32,000 nt of DNA from Pyrodictium occultum (lineage in GTDB: Archaea > Thermoproteota > Thermoprotei_A > Sulfolobales > Pyrodictiaceae): contig NZ_LNTB01000001.1 of the NCBI RefSeq assembly GCF_001462395.1, positions 1,290,001 through 1,322,000 on the forward strand, given 5' to 3'. Positions 1 through 8,667 of the stretch are shown here, in pieces (the first letter of the stretch is position 1; each line of letters starts with the position of its first letter). Position numbers and translations under genes: made by a program. The notes under the pieces were generated by a model. The model was not told the origin of the DNA. It did not search any database and saw only the letters and a program-made list of their open reading frames with translations.

Positions 1-1941
1 TTCATGCCGGACTATGCCAATGCTAAGCTCGCCGTCTTCATGGGCCGCAACCCGGCCGGGGGCATAGTGGCCTCGGCGTGGACCAAGATGTTCACCGAGG
101 GCCGCGCCAACAAGATGAAGCTGGTGGTGTTCGATGTCCGTGAGAGCCGTCTGACCGAGCTAGCCGACGAGTACTACATAATACCCCCGGGCACCGACCT
201 CGCGGTGAGCCTCGCCCTGCTCAACATCATACTCAGCGAGAGGCTCTACAACAAGGACTACCTTGTCAAGTGGACTAACGCTCCAATGCTGGTCTACGCG
301 GACACCATGGAGCCCGTGAAGCTCGCCCCTAACCCGCTGATGAAGGGCAAGAAGACCTACCTAGTCTACGACGAGGCTGACGGGAAGTTCAGGCTGAAGA
401 CTGAGGCCCTGAGCCCAGCCCTGGAGTACGAGGGCACCTACCAGGGCCGCCCCGTTAAGACCGTGCTCCTAGCCATACGCGACGCCGTCAAGAACTATAC
501 GCCCGAGTGGGCCGAGAAGATAACTGGCGTCCCGGCCAACGCTATACGCAGGCTAGCCCACGAGCTCGCCGATGCAGCGCCCAAGGCCTTCATAGACCAC
601 GGCTACAAGGGTACCCGCTACTACAACGAGGGCATGCTGAACAGGGTGAATATGCTCATAAACATAATGCTCGGCAGCCTAGGGGCGAAGGGCGGCATAG
701 CCTACCCGGCTGGGAAGCCCCACTTCAAGTCCCCAATAGACATACTGGGCATAGCCAAGACGAAGCCAAGGGGCACCTCGATACCGGGGTACTGGGCCAG
801 CCAGGGCGTGGAGAACATCCGCCCTGGCTGCTGGAGCATGCTCGTGGCAAGGTCGATTATCGAGGGCAAGCCGTATCCGATAGGCGTGCTCTTCATACAC
901 CTAGAGAACTTCGTAAGCCACGTCCTAGGGGGCCGTAAGCTGGCTGAAGCGCTTAAGGACGAGAACCGCGTGGAGTTCATAGTAGTACTCGACACAGTGT
1001 TCAACGAGACAACGATGTATGCAGACCTGGTGCTGCCGGTACCATTCTTCTTCGAGTACGAGCCGATAACGCTAAACTATGCTAAGAAGAGCTATGTAAG
1101 CGTAGTGGTGGACCCGCAGAAGGCCCTGGACCCGCCGAGAGGCGTGGACGCTAGGCCCACCTGGTGGATACTTGTAGAGATTGCGAAGAGGCTCGGCAAG
1201 CTGCCCCCCGGTGCCTCGGTGGACCCCATAGCAGTCAAGAGGAAGCAGGCTGAGGAGGCTGGCATAAACTATGCCGAGCTGAGGAGGAAAGGCTACGCCC
1301 TGCTCTGGACCAAGCCCAAATACCACCCCTGGGGCGGCAAGCCGCTCCCCACAACCACGGGCGAGCTCGAGCTGGTGAACGTAGAGTGGCTTGCCAAGTA
1401 CAGGAGCTACATAGGTAAGGAGTCGCCGCTCAACCCGCTGCCCTGCTGGGTACCGCCCCTCTGGATGAGGAAGGGCGGCCTTGCCGATAACGAGTTCGTG
1501 GTGGTCGAGTTCCAGGATCCGTTGACAGCGATAAACAACTTCATGAGGTTCGCCAGACTGGTGAGTGACTCGCTCAAGTGGGGGAGGCTCTACGGCGTCC
1601 AGATGCACCCCTCAAGGGCCAGGAGGCTCGGGCTCAGGGATGGCGACCTGGTGAGGCTGGTGGGCCCCAACGGTGAGGTAACAGCTAGGGTCATAGTCAC
1701 CGAGAAGGTGCACCCCATGGTTCTAGCAGCACCCCATGCCACAGCTCTTGACGAAAGGGTTGTACCCAATAAGGTTGTGGTTGAGACTTCCAGCGGCACT
1801 CTCACGGTCAAGCTATTCGGAGACGGTGGAGGCTATGGCGTGAACAACAACTTCCTGGGAGACCCCATGGTGAGCGTTGTGCCTGAGGAGGGCTACAGGG
1901 CCGCCCAGCACGATTTTGTTGTGAGGGTTGAGAAGCTCTAG
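1..1941 (+). CDS. Molybdopterin (DMSO-reductase family) oxidoreductase catalytic subunit, Psr/Phs/Ttr/Sre-like; N-terminus lies upstream of the window
   Basis: The frame is open from base 1. The C-terminal segment GVQMHPSRARRLGLRDGDLVRLVGPNGEVTARVIVTEKVHP matches the molybdopterin-dinucleotide-binding barrel motif. FeS and NrfD-type subunit genes follow immediately. Confidence 0.85.
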   Translation, partial: FMPDYANAKLAVFMGRNPAGGIVASAWTKMFTEGRANKMKLVVFDVRESRLTELADEYYIIPPGTDLAVSLALLNIILSERLYNKDYLVKWTNAPMLVYADTMEPVKLAPNPLMKGKKTYLVYDEADGKFRLKTEALSPALEYEGTYQGRPVKTVLLAIRDAVKNYTPEWAEKITGVPANAIRRLAHELADAAPKAFIDHGYKGTRYYNEGMLNRVNMLINIMLGSLGAKGGIAYPAGKPHFKSPIDILGIAKTKPRGTSIPGYWASQGVENIRPGCWSMLVARSIIEGKPYPIGVLFIHLENFVSHVLGGRKLAEALKDENRVEFIVVLDTVFNETTMYADLVLPVPFFFEYEPITLNYAKKSYVSVVVDPQKALDPPRGVDARPTWWILVEIAKRLGKLPPGASVDPIAVKRKQAEEAGINYAELRRKGYALLWTKPKYHPWGGKPLPTTTGELELVNVEWLAKYRSYIGKESPLNPLPCWVPPLWMRKGGLADNEFVVVEFQDPLTAINNFMRFARLVSDSLKWGRLYGVQMHPSRARRLGLRDGDLVRLVGPNGEVTARVIVTEKVHPMVLAAPHATALDERVVPNKVVVETSSGTLTVKLFGDGGGYGVNNNFLGDPMVSVVPEEGYRAAQHDFVVRVEKL

Positions 1942-1963
1942 CCCGTGAGGGAGGTGGTATACG

Positions 1964-2626
1964 ATGGCCCGCATGGCTATGGTTATAGACCTTAACCGCT
2001 GTGTCCAGTGCCAGGCCTGCGTCATAGCATGTATACGCGAGAACGTTATGAGGCAGAGTGGCGAGGGCCTCGAACTGCCCGAGGGTAATAGCATCTTCTA
2101 TGCGCGCACCAAGCCCGTCGAGATGCCTGTCGAGGGCGAGCCACTATACAAGACCACCTACTTCATACAGTGTATGCACTGCGAGAACGCCCCCTGCGCC
2201 ATCGCATGCCCCACCGGAGCCACCTACATAACCAAGAACGGTGTGGTGATGCTGGACCACAGGAAGTGCATAGGCTGTAGAGCCTGCGTTATAGCCTGTC
2301 CCTACGGCGCTAGAACAGTGTATCGCGGCAGGGTGCTCACCGGCTGGGTTCCGGCGAGCAGGGAGGCGCTCGCAGTAGGCTATCCCGATAAGTGCACGTT
2401 CTGCATACACCGTGGGGGAGAGGGCTCTAGCAACTGGGTACCAGCCTGCGTCGAAGCCTGCGCCTTCAACGCCAGGGTCTTCGGCGACCTGGACGACCCT
2501 GATAGCGAGGTGGCGAGGCTAGTTAGGAGCGGTAAGGCTGTGACGCTGGCACCGGAGCTGGGCACCAGGCCCAAGCTCTTCTTCATACCTCCCCAGAGGG
2601 TCCCGGCCGTACCCCGTAGGAGGTGA
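1964..2626 (+). CDS. 4Fe-4S ferredoxin-type electron-transfer subunit (PsrB/NrfC/DmsB-like)
   Basis: 220 aa with four Cys clusters: CVQCQACVIAC, CMHCENAPCAIACP, CIGCRACVIACP, CTFC...CVEAC. A GGAGGTG Shine-Dalgarno site at 1949-1955 sits about 8 nt before the ATG. Confidence 0.9.
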   Translation: MARMAMVIDLNRCVQCQACVIACIRENVMRQSGEGLELPEGNSIFYARTKPVEMPVEGEPLYKTTYFIQCMHCENAPCAIACPTGATYITKNGVVMLDHRKCIGCRACVIACPYGARTVYRGRVLTGWVPASREALAVGYPDKCTFCIHRGGEGSSNWVPACVEACAFNARVFGDLDDPDSEVARLVRSGKAVTLAPELGTRPKLFFIPPQRVPAVPRRR

Positions 2627-2631
2627 GCACC

Positions 2632-3876
2632 ATGGTCGAGGAGAGGGCTGAGCCGGCAATCGCCAGGGGGAGGCTCGGCGCAGCCGGCTATACGCTCCTA
2701 GGCGTGGGCGCGGCGTTGACGCTACTAATGCTCTATGGGATATATGCTTACCAGACACTGAGCAAAGCGTCTCCGCTGCACGCACTAGTGCCCTGGGGGA
2801 TAATGGTTACAGGCTACGCGTTCTTCGCGATATCCAGCGGCGGGGTGTTCGACGCCCTCGCGATAAGGCTTGCGGTCTACTGTGAGAGGGAGGCGCTGCC
2901 GCTGGCGCGTAAGACCCTCTGGCTCTCACTAGCCCTACTAATACCCGGCATAGTGCTGGTATTCGCAGACCTTACCCACGTAATGCACGCCTCCTGGATA
3001 TACCTTGGATTCAACCCCTCGTCGAGGATAGCATGGAACGGTATACTCTACATAATCTATGCCGTGTTCCTGGTGGCAGCGCTGGTCTACGCCATAGCCC
3101 GTGGAGAGGGGGCGCTCACGGGGCTGGGGGGCCGCGCGCTGCTGGTAGGAGGGCTGCTGGCGAGCCTAATCCTTGAGTACAACCTGGCCATGGCCTTCGG
3201 CCAGAACCTGGCGGTGCCGGGCTGGTTCGCGGCCCCGCTGGGGGTGCTCAACATAGCGCTGGCCTTCCTGCTAGGCGCCGCCTGGACTGGGATAGGGATA
3301 GGGGAGATAGCGGTTAAGCTCACGGCGCTCCCGAGGGAGAAGTGGCGCGAGTGCTGTATCCACGGGGTCTCCAAGGAGCTCGCCGGCATGGCGGTGGCTG
3401 TAGGCTTCCTGGCGGCCTGGACGCTAGTACAGCAGTACGAGGGCTGGGGGCTATCCAGGCAGGCGGCCTCCATGCTCGCCGGGGGCAGCGTGGCATGGCT
3501 CTTCTGGCTCAGCGTGGCCTTCGCCGTCGCTGCTCCGATAGCGCTGGGGCTCTACGCTGGCGCTAGAAGGAGCAGAGCCGCCATGTTCACGGGCTCGGTG
3601 CTAGCAATAGTCGGCGGCTTCCTCATGCTCCACTCGCTGGTGGCGGCAGGCCAGGTGGCCCGGCTTGAGGCCCTGCCAGGCTACCATGGGCTAGCCGCAG
3701 CCGCTCTGGGCGGCGGCTTCGAGTCCGAGGCGCTCCACGAGCTGCTGTCAAACAGCGTGGAGGCGGCGGCCTTCGTCGGCGGCTTCGGCCTCTGGCTCCT
3801 CTTCTACGTGGCGGGGCTGCGGCTGTTAGCGGTGGAGCCCGGCGAGAAGCCGCGCCGGATACTCGTGTTCAGGTAG
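2632..3876 (+). CDS. NrfD/PsrC-type integral-membrane anchor subunit
   Basis: About 415 aa consisting almost entirely of hydrophobic helices. ATG 2632 is preceded by AGGAGGTGA (2617-2625). The alternative GTG at 2623 overlaps the TGA of the FeS gene. It is third in a Psr-like A-B-C gene order. Confidence 0.8.
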   Translation: MVEERAEPAIARGRLGAAGYTLLGVGAALTLLMLYGIYAYQTLSKASPLHALVPWGIMVTGYAFFAISSGGVFDALAIRLAVYCEREALPLARKTLWLSLALLIPGIVLVFADLTHVMHASWIYLGFNPSSRIAWNGILYIIYAVFLVAALVYAIARGEGALTGLGGRALLVGGLLASLILEYNLAMAFGQNLAVPGWFAAPLGVLNIALAFLLGAAWTGIGIGEIAVKLTALPREKWRECCIHGVSKELAGMAVAVGFLAAWTLVQQYEGWGLSRQAASMLAGGSVAWLFWLSVAFAVAAPIALGLYAGARRSRAAMFTGSVLAIVGGFLMLHSLVAAGQVARLEALPGYHGLAAAALGGGFESEALHELLSNSVEAAAFVGGFGLWLLFYVAGLRLLAVEPGEKPRRILVFR

Positions 3877-4116
3877 CGCAGCTATAGAGCCCCCGCCCCC
3901 GGCTTTTCCCCCGGCCTCCCCGGGGCCCGCAGTGCCTAGAAAGAGGGCTCCCTTCTCCCAGCCACTCCCAGGGCCCTTCCGGGGGATGAGCGGGGCCTTA
4001 ACAGCCGACCCTCCCGGGGGCATGGGGAGGGACGCCCTTAGCCGCGACCCCTCCTTCCTTGGCGTACGCGACTTCTTTCAACCCCTGGGCGTGCCGGCTT
4101 CCAGCCCGGCGCGGGG

Positions 4117-5352
4117 GTGTTCTCCGCCGTGTCCGCGGTTGAGAGGCTTATGAGGCCCGTTATCCAGGGCCTCCGGGGGGAGGCAGGCTTCGCCTATATA
4201 GCCAAGGCGCGTGAGCTCGCCAGCCGCGGCGTCAAGGTTATAAGCTTCGGGGTTGGGCAGCCCGACATCCCCACATTCGACCATATAATCGAGGAGGCTA
4301 AGAGGGCTCTGGATGAGAGGTTCACCGGGTACACGGAGACCGTGGGCATACCCGAGCTCCGGGAGGCCATAGCGGACTATCTCAACTCGAGGTACCAGGC
4401 CGAGGTTGGCCCGGACGAGGTGCTCGTCACCACGGGCGCTAAGACCGCGATATTCCTCGCCATAGCCGCGTACCTCGGCCCCGGGGACGAGGTGGTGGTG
4501 CCGGAGCCTAGCTACCCCGCCTACCCCGAGGCCGCCCGCGCCATGGGCGCGAGGCCGGTCTTTGTGCCGCTCCGCTGGAAGGGCCAGGAGAGGGGCTTCG
4601 AGCTGGACGTGGAGGCCATAGAGGAGGCTGTGACGAGCCGCACCAAGATGATAGTGCTCACGAACCCGCATAACCCGACGGGCGAGGTCTTCCCCCCAGA
4701 GCAGGTTGAGGCGGTGCTCGAGATAGCTAGGAGGCATAACCTGGTAGTCCTGGCTGACGAGATATACGACAACTTCGTCTACGAGGGAGGCTTCAGGAGC
4801 ATACTAACCTACAGCGGCTGGAAGGACAACGTGCTATACGTGAACGGGCACTCCAAGACCTTCTCCATGACGGGGTGGCGGCTCGGCTACCTGGCAGCGG
4901 CCAGGCCGGTGATAGAGAGGCTGAAGAGGCTGGCGGTGAACGTGTACAGCTGCGCTCCGAGCATAAGCCAGCGCGCCGGCGTCGCAGCGCTCCGCGGCCC
5001 CTGGGAGCCGGTCAGGAGGATGGTCGAGGAGTTCCGCCGCCGCCGCGACGCGGTGGTTGAGGAGCTGCGCCGCGTCCCCGGCTTCGAGGTCCCGGTGCCC
5101 CGTGGAGCGTTCTACATCTTCCCCAGGGTTGCCAAGGTGCTCGAGGAGATAGGCATGAGCACCGAGGAGTTCGTCGACCACCTCCTCTACAGCCGCGGGG
5201 TTGTGACGCTGCCGGGCACAGTGTTCCCCGAGAAGGCGGGCGAGGGCTTCATAAGGCTGAGCTACGCGGTCAGCGTGGAGAAGATCCGGGAGGGCGTGGG
5301 CAGGATAAGGGAGGAGGTCGAGAAGCTCCTGGCCGAGAGGGGCCGCCGCTAG
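4117..5352 (+). CDS. Class-I PLP-dependent aminotransferase (aspartate aminotransferase-like)
   Basis: Motifs: GVGQPDIPT near the N-terminus, NPHNPTG, and NGHSKTFSMTGWRLGY (PLP-lysine motif). The start is uncertain between GTG 4117 and ATG 4150. Confidence 0.9.
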   Translation: MFSAVSAVERLMRPVIQGLRGEAGFAYIAKARELASRGVKVISFGVGQPDIPTFDHIIEEAKRALDERFTGYTETVGIPELREAIADYLNSRYQAEVGPDEVLVTTGAKTAIFLAIAAYLGPGDEVVVPEPSYPAYPEAARAMGARPVFVPLRWKGQERGFELDVEAIEEAVTSRTKMIVLTNPHNPTGEVFPPEQVEAVLEIARRHNLVVLADEIYDNFVYEGGFRSILTYSGWKDNVLYVNGHSKTFSMTGWRLGYLAAARPVIERLKRLAVNVYSCAPSISQRAGVAALRGPWEPVRRMVEEFRRRRDAVVEELRRVPGFEVPVPRGAFYIFPRVAKVLEEIGMSTEEFVDHLLYSRGVVTLPGTVFPEKAGEGFIRLSYAVSVEKIREGVGRIREEVEKLLAERGRR

Positions 5353-5372
5353 CCCCCCTTCTCCCGGGAAGG

Positions 5373-6110
5373 GTGGCCCCAGGCGTGGACCGGGGCCTCC
5401 TCGAGAGGCTCCTCCGCCTAAACCCCGCCGCGCTCGAGGAGGAGTACAAGGCCAGGGAGATCTTCCAGGGGGAGCGGGTGGAGCCCCCCTTCGCCCTGCG
5501 GCTCGACGGGGTTGGCTGGGGGAGGAGGCTCCAGGGCTTCGGGTGGCCTAGGGACGAGAGGGTTCACCGGGCCCTGGCCAGGGCGGTGGCGGAGGCGCTC
5601 CGGCTCCTCGGCGGCTGCTGCGCCCTGGTGGTGAGCGATGAGGCGAGCCTAGTGTTCACCGGGGAGCCGCCCTACTCTGGCAGGGTGGAGAAGCTCGTGA
5701 GCATCTCCTCCGGAGTGGTCTCTGCAGGGGTTTCGCTCAGCCTGGGGAGGCCCCTCTTCCTCGACGCTAGGGTGGTGAAGCTCTATTCCGGCCGCGACGC
5801 GGCCCGCTACCTGCTCCACCGGGCCCGGGTGGGGCTCAACAACTACGTCTCCAGCATCTACCACGCGGCGTCGCCCAGAGGGGCCGGCCGCACGCCGGGG
5901 CTGCGGGAGATGATAGGCGAGCTACGCCGCAGGGGCCGCGACCCCCTGGAGGAGCCCGCCTGGAGGCTCGTCGGCAGCTGCCTGGTCTACGCCCCGTCCC
6001 GGAGGCTCGTCGAGCCGCCCGGCGTGGTGGCGGAGAGGAGGAGGCTGCTGATACTAGACGGCGGGCTGGAGGCCTGCCTGGAGGCCCTCGGGGCCGGCGA
6101 GGAGCTATAG
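5373..6110 (+). CDS. Thg1-like protein (tRNA-His guanylyltransferase family, archaeal TLP)
   Basis: The series ALRLDGVGW..., VVSDEASLVF, RVEKLVSISSGVVSAG, LDARVV, YLLHRARVGLNNYV parallels the Thg1 motifs RLDGRxF, SDExSxVF, SK, FDGRVV, WRQxDxHINN. The start codon is GTG. Confidence 0.75.
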   Translation: MAPGVDRGLLERLLRLNPAALEEEYKAREIFQGERVEPPFALRLDGVGWGRRLQGFGWPRDERVHRALARAVAEALRLLGGCCALVVSDEASLVFTGEPPYSGRVEKLVSISSGVVSAGVSLSLGRPLFLDARVVKLYSGRDAARYLLHRARVGLNNYVSSIYHAASPRGAGRTPGLREMIGELRRRGRDPLEEPAWRLVGSCLVYAPSRRLVEPPGVVAERRRLLILDGGLEACLEALGAGEEL

Positions 6111-6155
6111 CCCCGGGGGCTCCTCGGCTGGACCCCTCGGGGGAGGTGCCTGCTC

Positions 6156-7016
6156 TTGGCCCTGCGGGGCGTGGAGCCCGTCGTGAGAAAGCCCTGCCGC
6201 GTCGTGGCTATTGTGAGCGGTGGCCCGGACAGCTTCGGCTACATGGTCCAGTGGCTCGCCAGGGGCTGCAGCGTGCACGCGCTCAGCTTCAACTACGGGC
6301 AGAAGGGGAGCAAGGAGCTCGAGGTGGCTAAGCGCCTCATAGAGGAGGCGAACCGGCTAGCCGAGTCCAGGAAGGGCTGGGGCAGGGTGGTGGAGCACAG
6401 GATAGTGGATATGAGCTTCATGGCCGAGCTGTGGAGGGGGAGCCAGCTCACGGACGAGAGCATTGCGGTGGAGGAGAGGTACCAGCCCACGGTGGTGGTG
6501 CCCATAAGGAACGTGGTGATGCTCAGCATAGCGAGCGCCTACGCCTACAGCCTGGCCCAGCAGCACCCGGGCGAGAGCGTCTACGTGGTCTACGGCGCCC
6601 ACTACAACGACATAGCGCCGAGGAGCGACACCTGGGAGCCCCTCTACCCCGACTGCAGCCCCGAGTGCCTGGAGGCACTGCAGACAGCGCTCCGCATCTG
6701 CCACTTCCGGGGAGAGAGGAGGCTCGAGATCTGGAGCCCAAGCCGCGAGGGCCTAACCAAGGCCGAGGGCCTCAAGAGGACCTACAGCCTCGTAGGCGAC
6801 CTGATCTACGAGACCTGGAGCTGCTACCTCTCCGGCCGCTACCACTGCGGCCGCTGCGAGAGCTGCAGGAGCAGGCACAGCGCGTTCCTCGAGGCTGGGC
6901 TGCCGGACTGCACCCTCTACGAGACCCCGCCCGGCGACCCCAGCGAGTTCGTACGGGTCGGCGACGCCTACGTCCACAGGAGCTGCAGGAGGCTAGCCGA
7001 GCCCCGGAGCGCCTAG
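6156..7016 (+). CDS. queC: 7-cyano-7-deazaguanine synthase (PP-loop ATPase)
   Basis: PP-loop [10 protein letters not shown] followed by LSFNYGQK. C-terminal Cys cluster [18 protein letters not shown] (QueC zinc motif). TTG start with GGGAGGTG at 6141-6148. Confidence 0.85.
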   Translation: MALRGVEPVVRKPCRVVAIVSGGPDSFGYMVQWLARGCSVHALSFNYGQKGSKELEVAKRLIEEANRLAESRKGWGRVVEHRIVDMSFMAELWRGSQLTDESIAVEERYQPTVVVPIRNVVMLSIASAYAYSLAQQHPGESVYVVYGAHYNDIAPRSDTWEPLYPDCSPECLEALQTALRICHFRGERRLEIWSPSREGLTKAEGLKRTYSLVGDLIYETWSCYLSGRYHCGRCESCRSRHSAFLEAGLPDCTLYETPPGDPSEFVRVGDAYVHRSCRRLAEPRSA

Positions 7017-7081
7017 ACCACCGGCGCCGGGACCCCTGGCCGGCGGGCTGGGGGTAGGACTTATTGGGATGTACCCGTGGT

Positions 7082-7090
7082 AATATTTAT
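7082..7090 (+). promoter_or_regulatory. TATA-box-like element upstream of the 7120 ORF
   Basis: AATATTTAT is an isolated AT-rich element in GC-rich DNA, about 30 nt upstream of TTG 7120. Confidence 0.4.
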
Positions 7091-7119
7091 GGATACATGC
7101 CCAGGGCCCTTGGGAACTC

Positions 7120-7956
7120 TTGGCTGGGCAGGGCCCTGGGGCGCCACGGCGGGGGTGCCTTGGGAGGGTGGAAGCTAAAAAGAGGTCAGACCTTGCTACG
7201 CCCACGCTGCTCCCTCCCCGGCCCGATCTCGGGGCGGTGGGCGTAGCCGCGGCGGCCGCCGCCCTTATACTGGTTGGAGGCTCCCCCCTAGGCCTGGCCA
7301 TAGTCACGGGGGCTGTGGTCGGCGTAATCGCTCTTCCCCTCTTCCTCCTCTTCCGCGAGATAGCCCTCTTCCACAGCCGCAGAGTGCTCCGGCCCGAGGA
7401 GGCCGGCCTCGTGGCCGAGTGGCTCCAGGCTGCGGGAGCAGCGGTGGGCGCGGGGAGCGTGACGGTCCTCTACACCTATCGGCGGGGGGCGGGCCTGCAG
7501 GTCATGCAGCTCGGCTCCACGGCTCAGGGCGAGCATATACAGGGGAGCCTGCTCGCCCACATCCACCGCGCGGCCTGGAACGCGCTCCCCGCCGCCTTCA
7601 GCTCCGGCGGCAGGGTCTACGTGGCGGTCCCGGCAAGGATAATGGAGTGGCTCTACAGTATAGCCGGCAAGAGCCGCTCCACGGCCTATCTGAGGCCCCA
7701 CAGCAAGGGGGAGGTGAAGACGGTCTACCGTATACTGAGGGAGCTCGCCCAAGCGGCCAGCCGGGGCGCCAGCCGCCTCTACACCGCCTACACAGCTACT
7801 AAGGCCTTCACGAGGCTCGTAGTATCTGGCGCTATAAGGCTCGACCCGCAGATCGCGGACAAGGTGGACAGCCTAGTTCCCGCAGAACCACCCTGGATAC
7901 GCCACAGGGTGGTTAAGCAGCTCCGGGAGGAGATGGCGAACACTATACCGCCCTAG
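7120..7956 (+). CDS. Hypothetical protein with N-terminal transmembrane segment(s)
   Basis: Long ORF. Hydrophobic stretch VGVAAAAAALILVGGSPLGLAIVTGAVVGVIALPLFLLF is followed by a soluble region of mixed composition. The start is uncertain (TTG 7120 or GTG 7168). I recognise no family. Confidence 0.45.
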   Translation: MAGQGPGAPRRGCLGRVEAKKRSDLATPTLLPPRPDLGAVGVAAAAAALILVGGSPLGLAIVTGAVVGVIALPLFLLFREIALFHSRRVLRPEEAGLVAEWLQAAGAAVGAGSVTVLYTYRRGAGLQVMQLGSTAQGEHIQGSLLAHIHRAAWNALPAAFSSGGRVYVAVPARIMEWLYSIAGKSRSTAYLRPHSKGEVKTVYRILRELAQAASRGASRLYTAYTATKAFTRLVVSGAIRLDPQIADKVDSLVPAEPPWIRHRVVKQLREEMANTIPP

Positions 7957-8363
7957 GCCCTAGGGGGTCAGCGGCGAGAGACATGCAGCCCGGGCAGCCC
8001 CTAGAGGGGCTCCGCCACGCCCCGGGAGACCCCCGGGATAGCGGCAAGGGTGGGCTCATCACCCCCTGCCGGCCATTGGGGGCTCGGAGCGGCAAGCGGT
8101 CCACACCCTCCAGCCCTCTTCGGGCGAAAAGCACCTCCTCACAGCCCCACGGGGCCTAGGGTGTAATAACGCCCCGGGGGAATCAATCTCGCCCCCGGGC
8201 CAAGGGCTTCTCCCAGCGTGCCTCCAGGGGGCCGCCGGTGAGGCACCGGGATCAACGTGCAGCCCCTGCCCGGGGCAGATTGCGAGGCCCTCCTCCGCGT
8301 CCCCCGGGGGCCGGTGCGCGGGCCCGCCGCCGCTGAGGCGGCCCCTCTCCCCGGCCCCAGCGC

Positions 8364-8421
8364 GTGATGAGGGGTAGCAATGCCGACCCCCGCTCCGGGT
8401 GGGGAGCCCTAGTGTGGCTGA
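8364..8421 (+). ncRNA. Candidate C/D-box sRNA (2'-O-methylation guide)
   Basis: The layout is: GTGATGA (8364-8370), 12 nt, CCGA (8383-8386, degenerate D'), 12 nt, GTGGGGA (8399-8405, weak C'), 12 nt, CTGA (8418-8421). The 12-nt guide spacing is canonical. There is no terminal stem and C'/D' are degenerate. Confidence 0.25.
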
Positions 8422-8667
8422 CCCCTGATCCCAGACCTCCATCACTGTGCCCGCGGCCGCCCCCATGTAGCGGCCCGGGCGCCTCCTGGCGATGTAGCTC
8501 GCCGCGCTGCCGCTGCAGTGGATCGGCGCGACCAGCCCGGCGAGGCTGGGGAGCTTCTCCACCTCCGCCGGCGGCGCCCCGTGCAGGCCCCTATGGCTAG
8601 CTCCGCCTGCCGGCTCCTAGCGCCTGGAGGGCGGCCTCGAGCCTAAGCCCTCGGGGCCCCGGTACCC

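Noticed and set aside
3877-4116. C-box-like GGGATGA followed by CCGA in the 240-nt spacer before the aminotransferase gene
   Set aside because: The spacing is 15 nt rather than 12. No D box (CTGA) follows and there is no terminal stem.
4078-4737. 219-aa minus-strand ORF antisense to the aminotransferase gene; also 25044-25667 antisense to pyrD and 29525-30238 within hyuB
   Set aside because: All three are antisense or out-of-frame to genes with strong motif support. All have biased Arg/Gly/Pro/His composition.
7963-8066. Minus-strand C/D-like element: GGGG-GTGATGA ... CTGA-CCCC(C) with a 4-bp terminal stem
   Set aside because: At about 104 nt it is much longer than archaeal C/D sRNAs. I found no internal C'/D' boxes at guide spacing. 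GC-rich palindromes such as cccggg are frequent here by chance.
8059-8562. 167-aa minus-strand ORF in the 0.7-kb gap
   Set aside because: Its composition is Arg/Gly/Pro/Ala-rich and low in information. It has no promoter, SD or motif. I did not call it as a CDS, but the region is flagged as a finding.
7957-8667. Possible SRP (7S) RNA or RNase P RNA in the large gap
   Set aside because: I found none of the conserved signatures I remember on either strand: helix-8 GGAAGGGAGCA for SRP, and GGAAAGUCC and ACAGAA-type CR motifs for RNase P. This was an eye search only.
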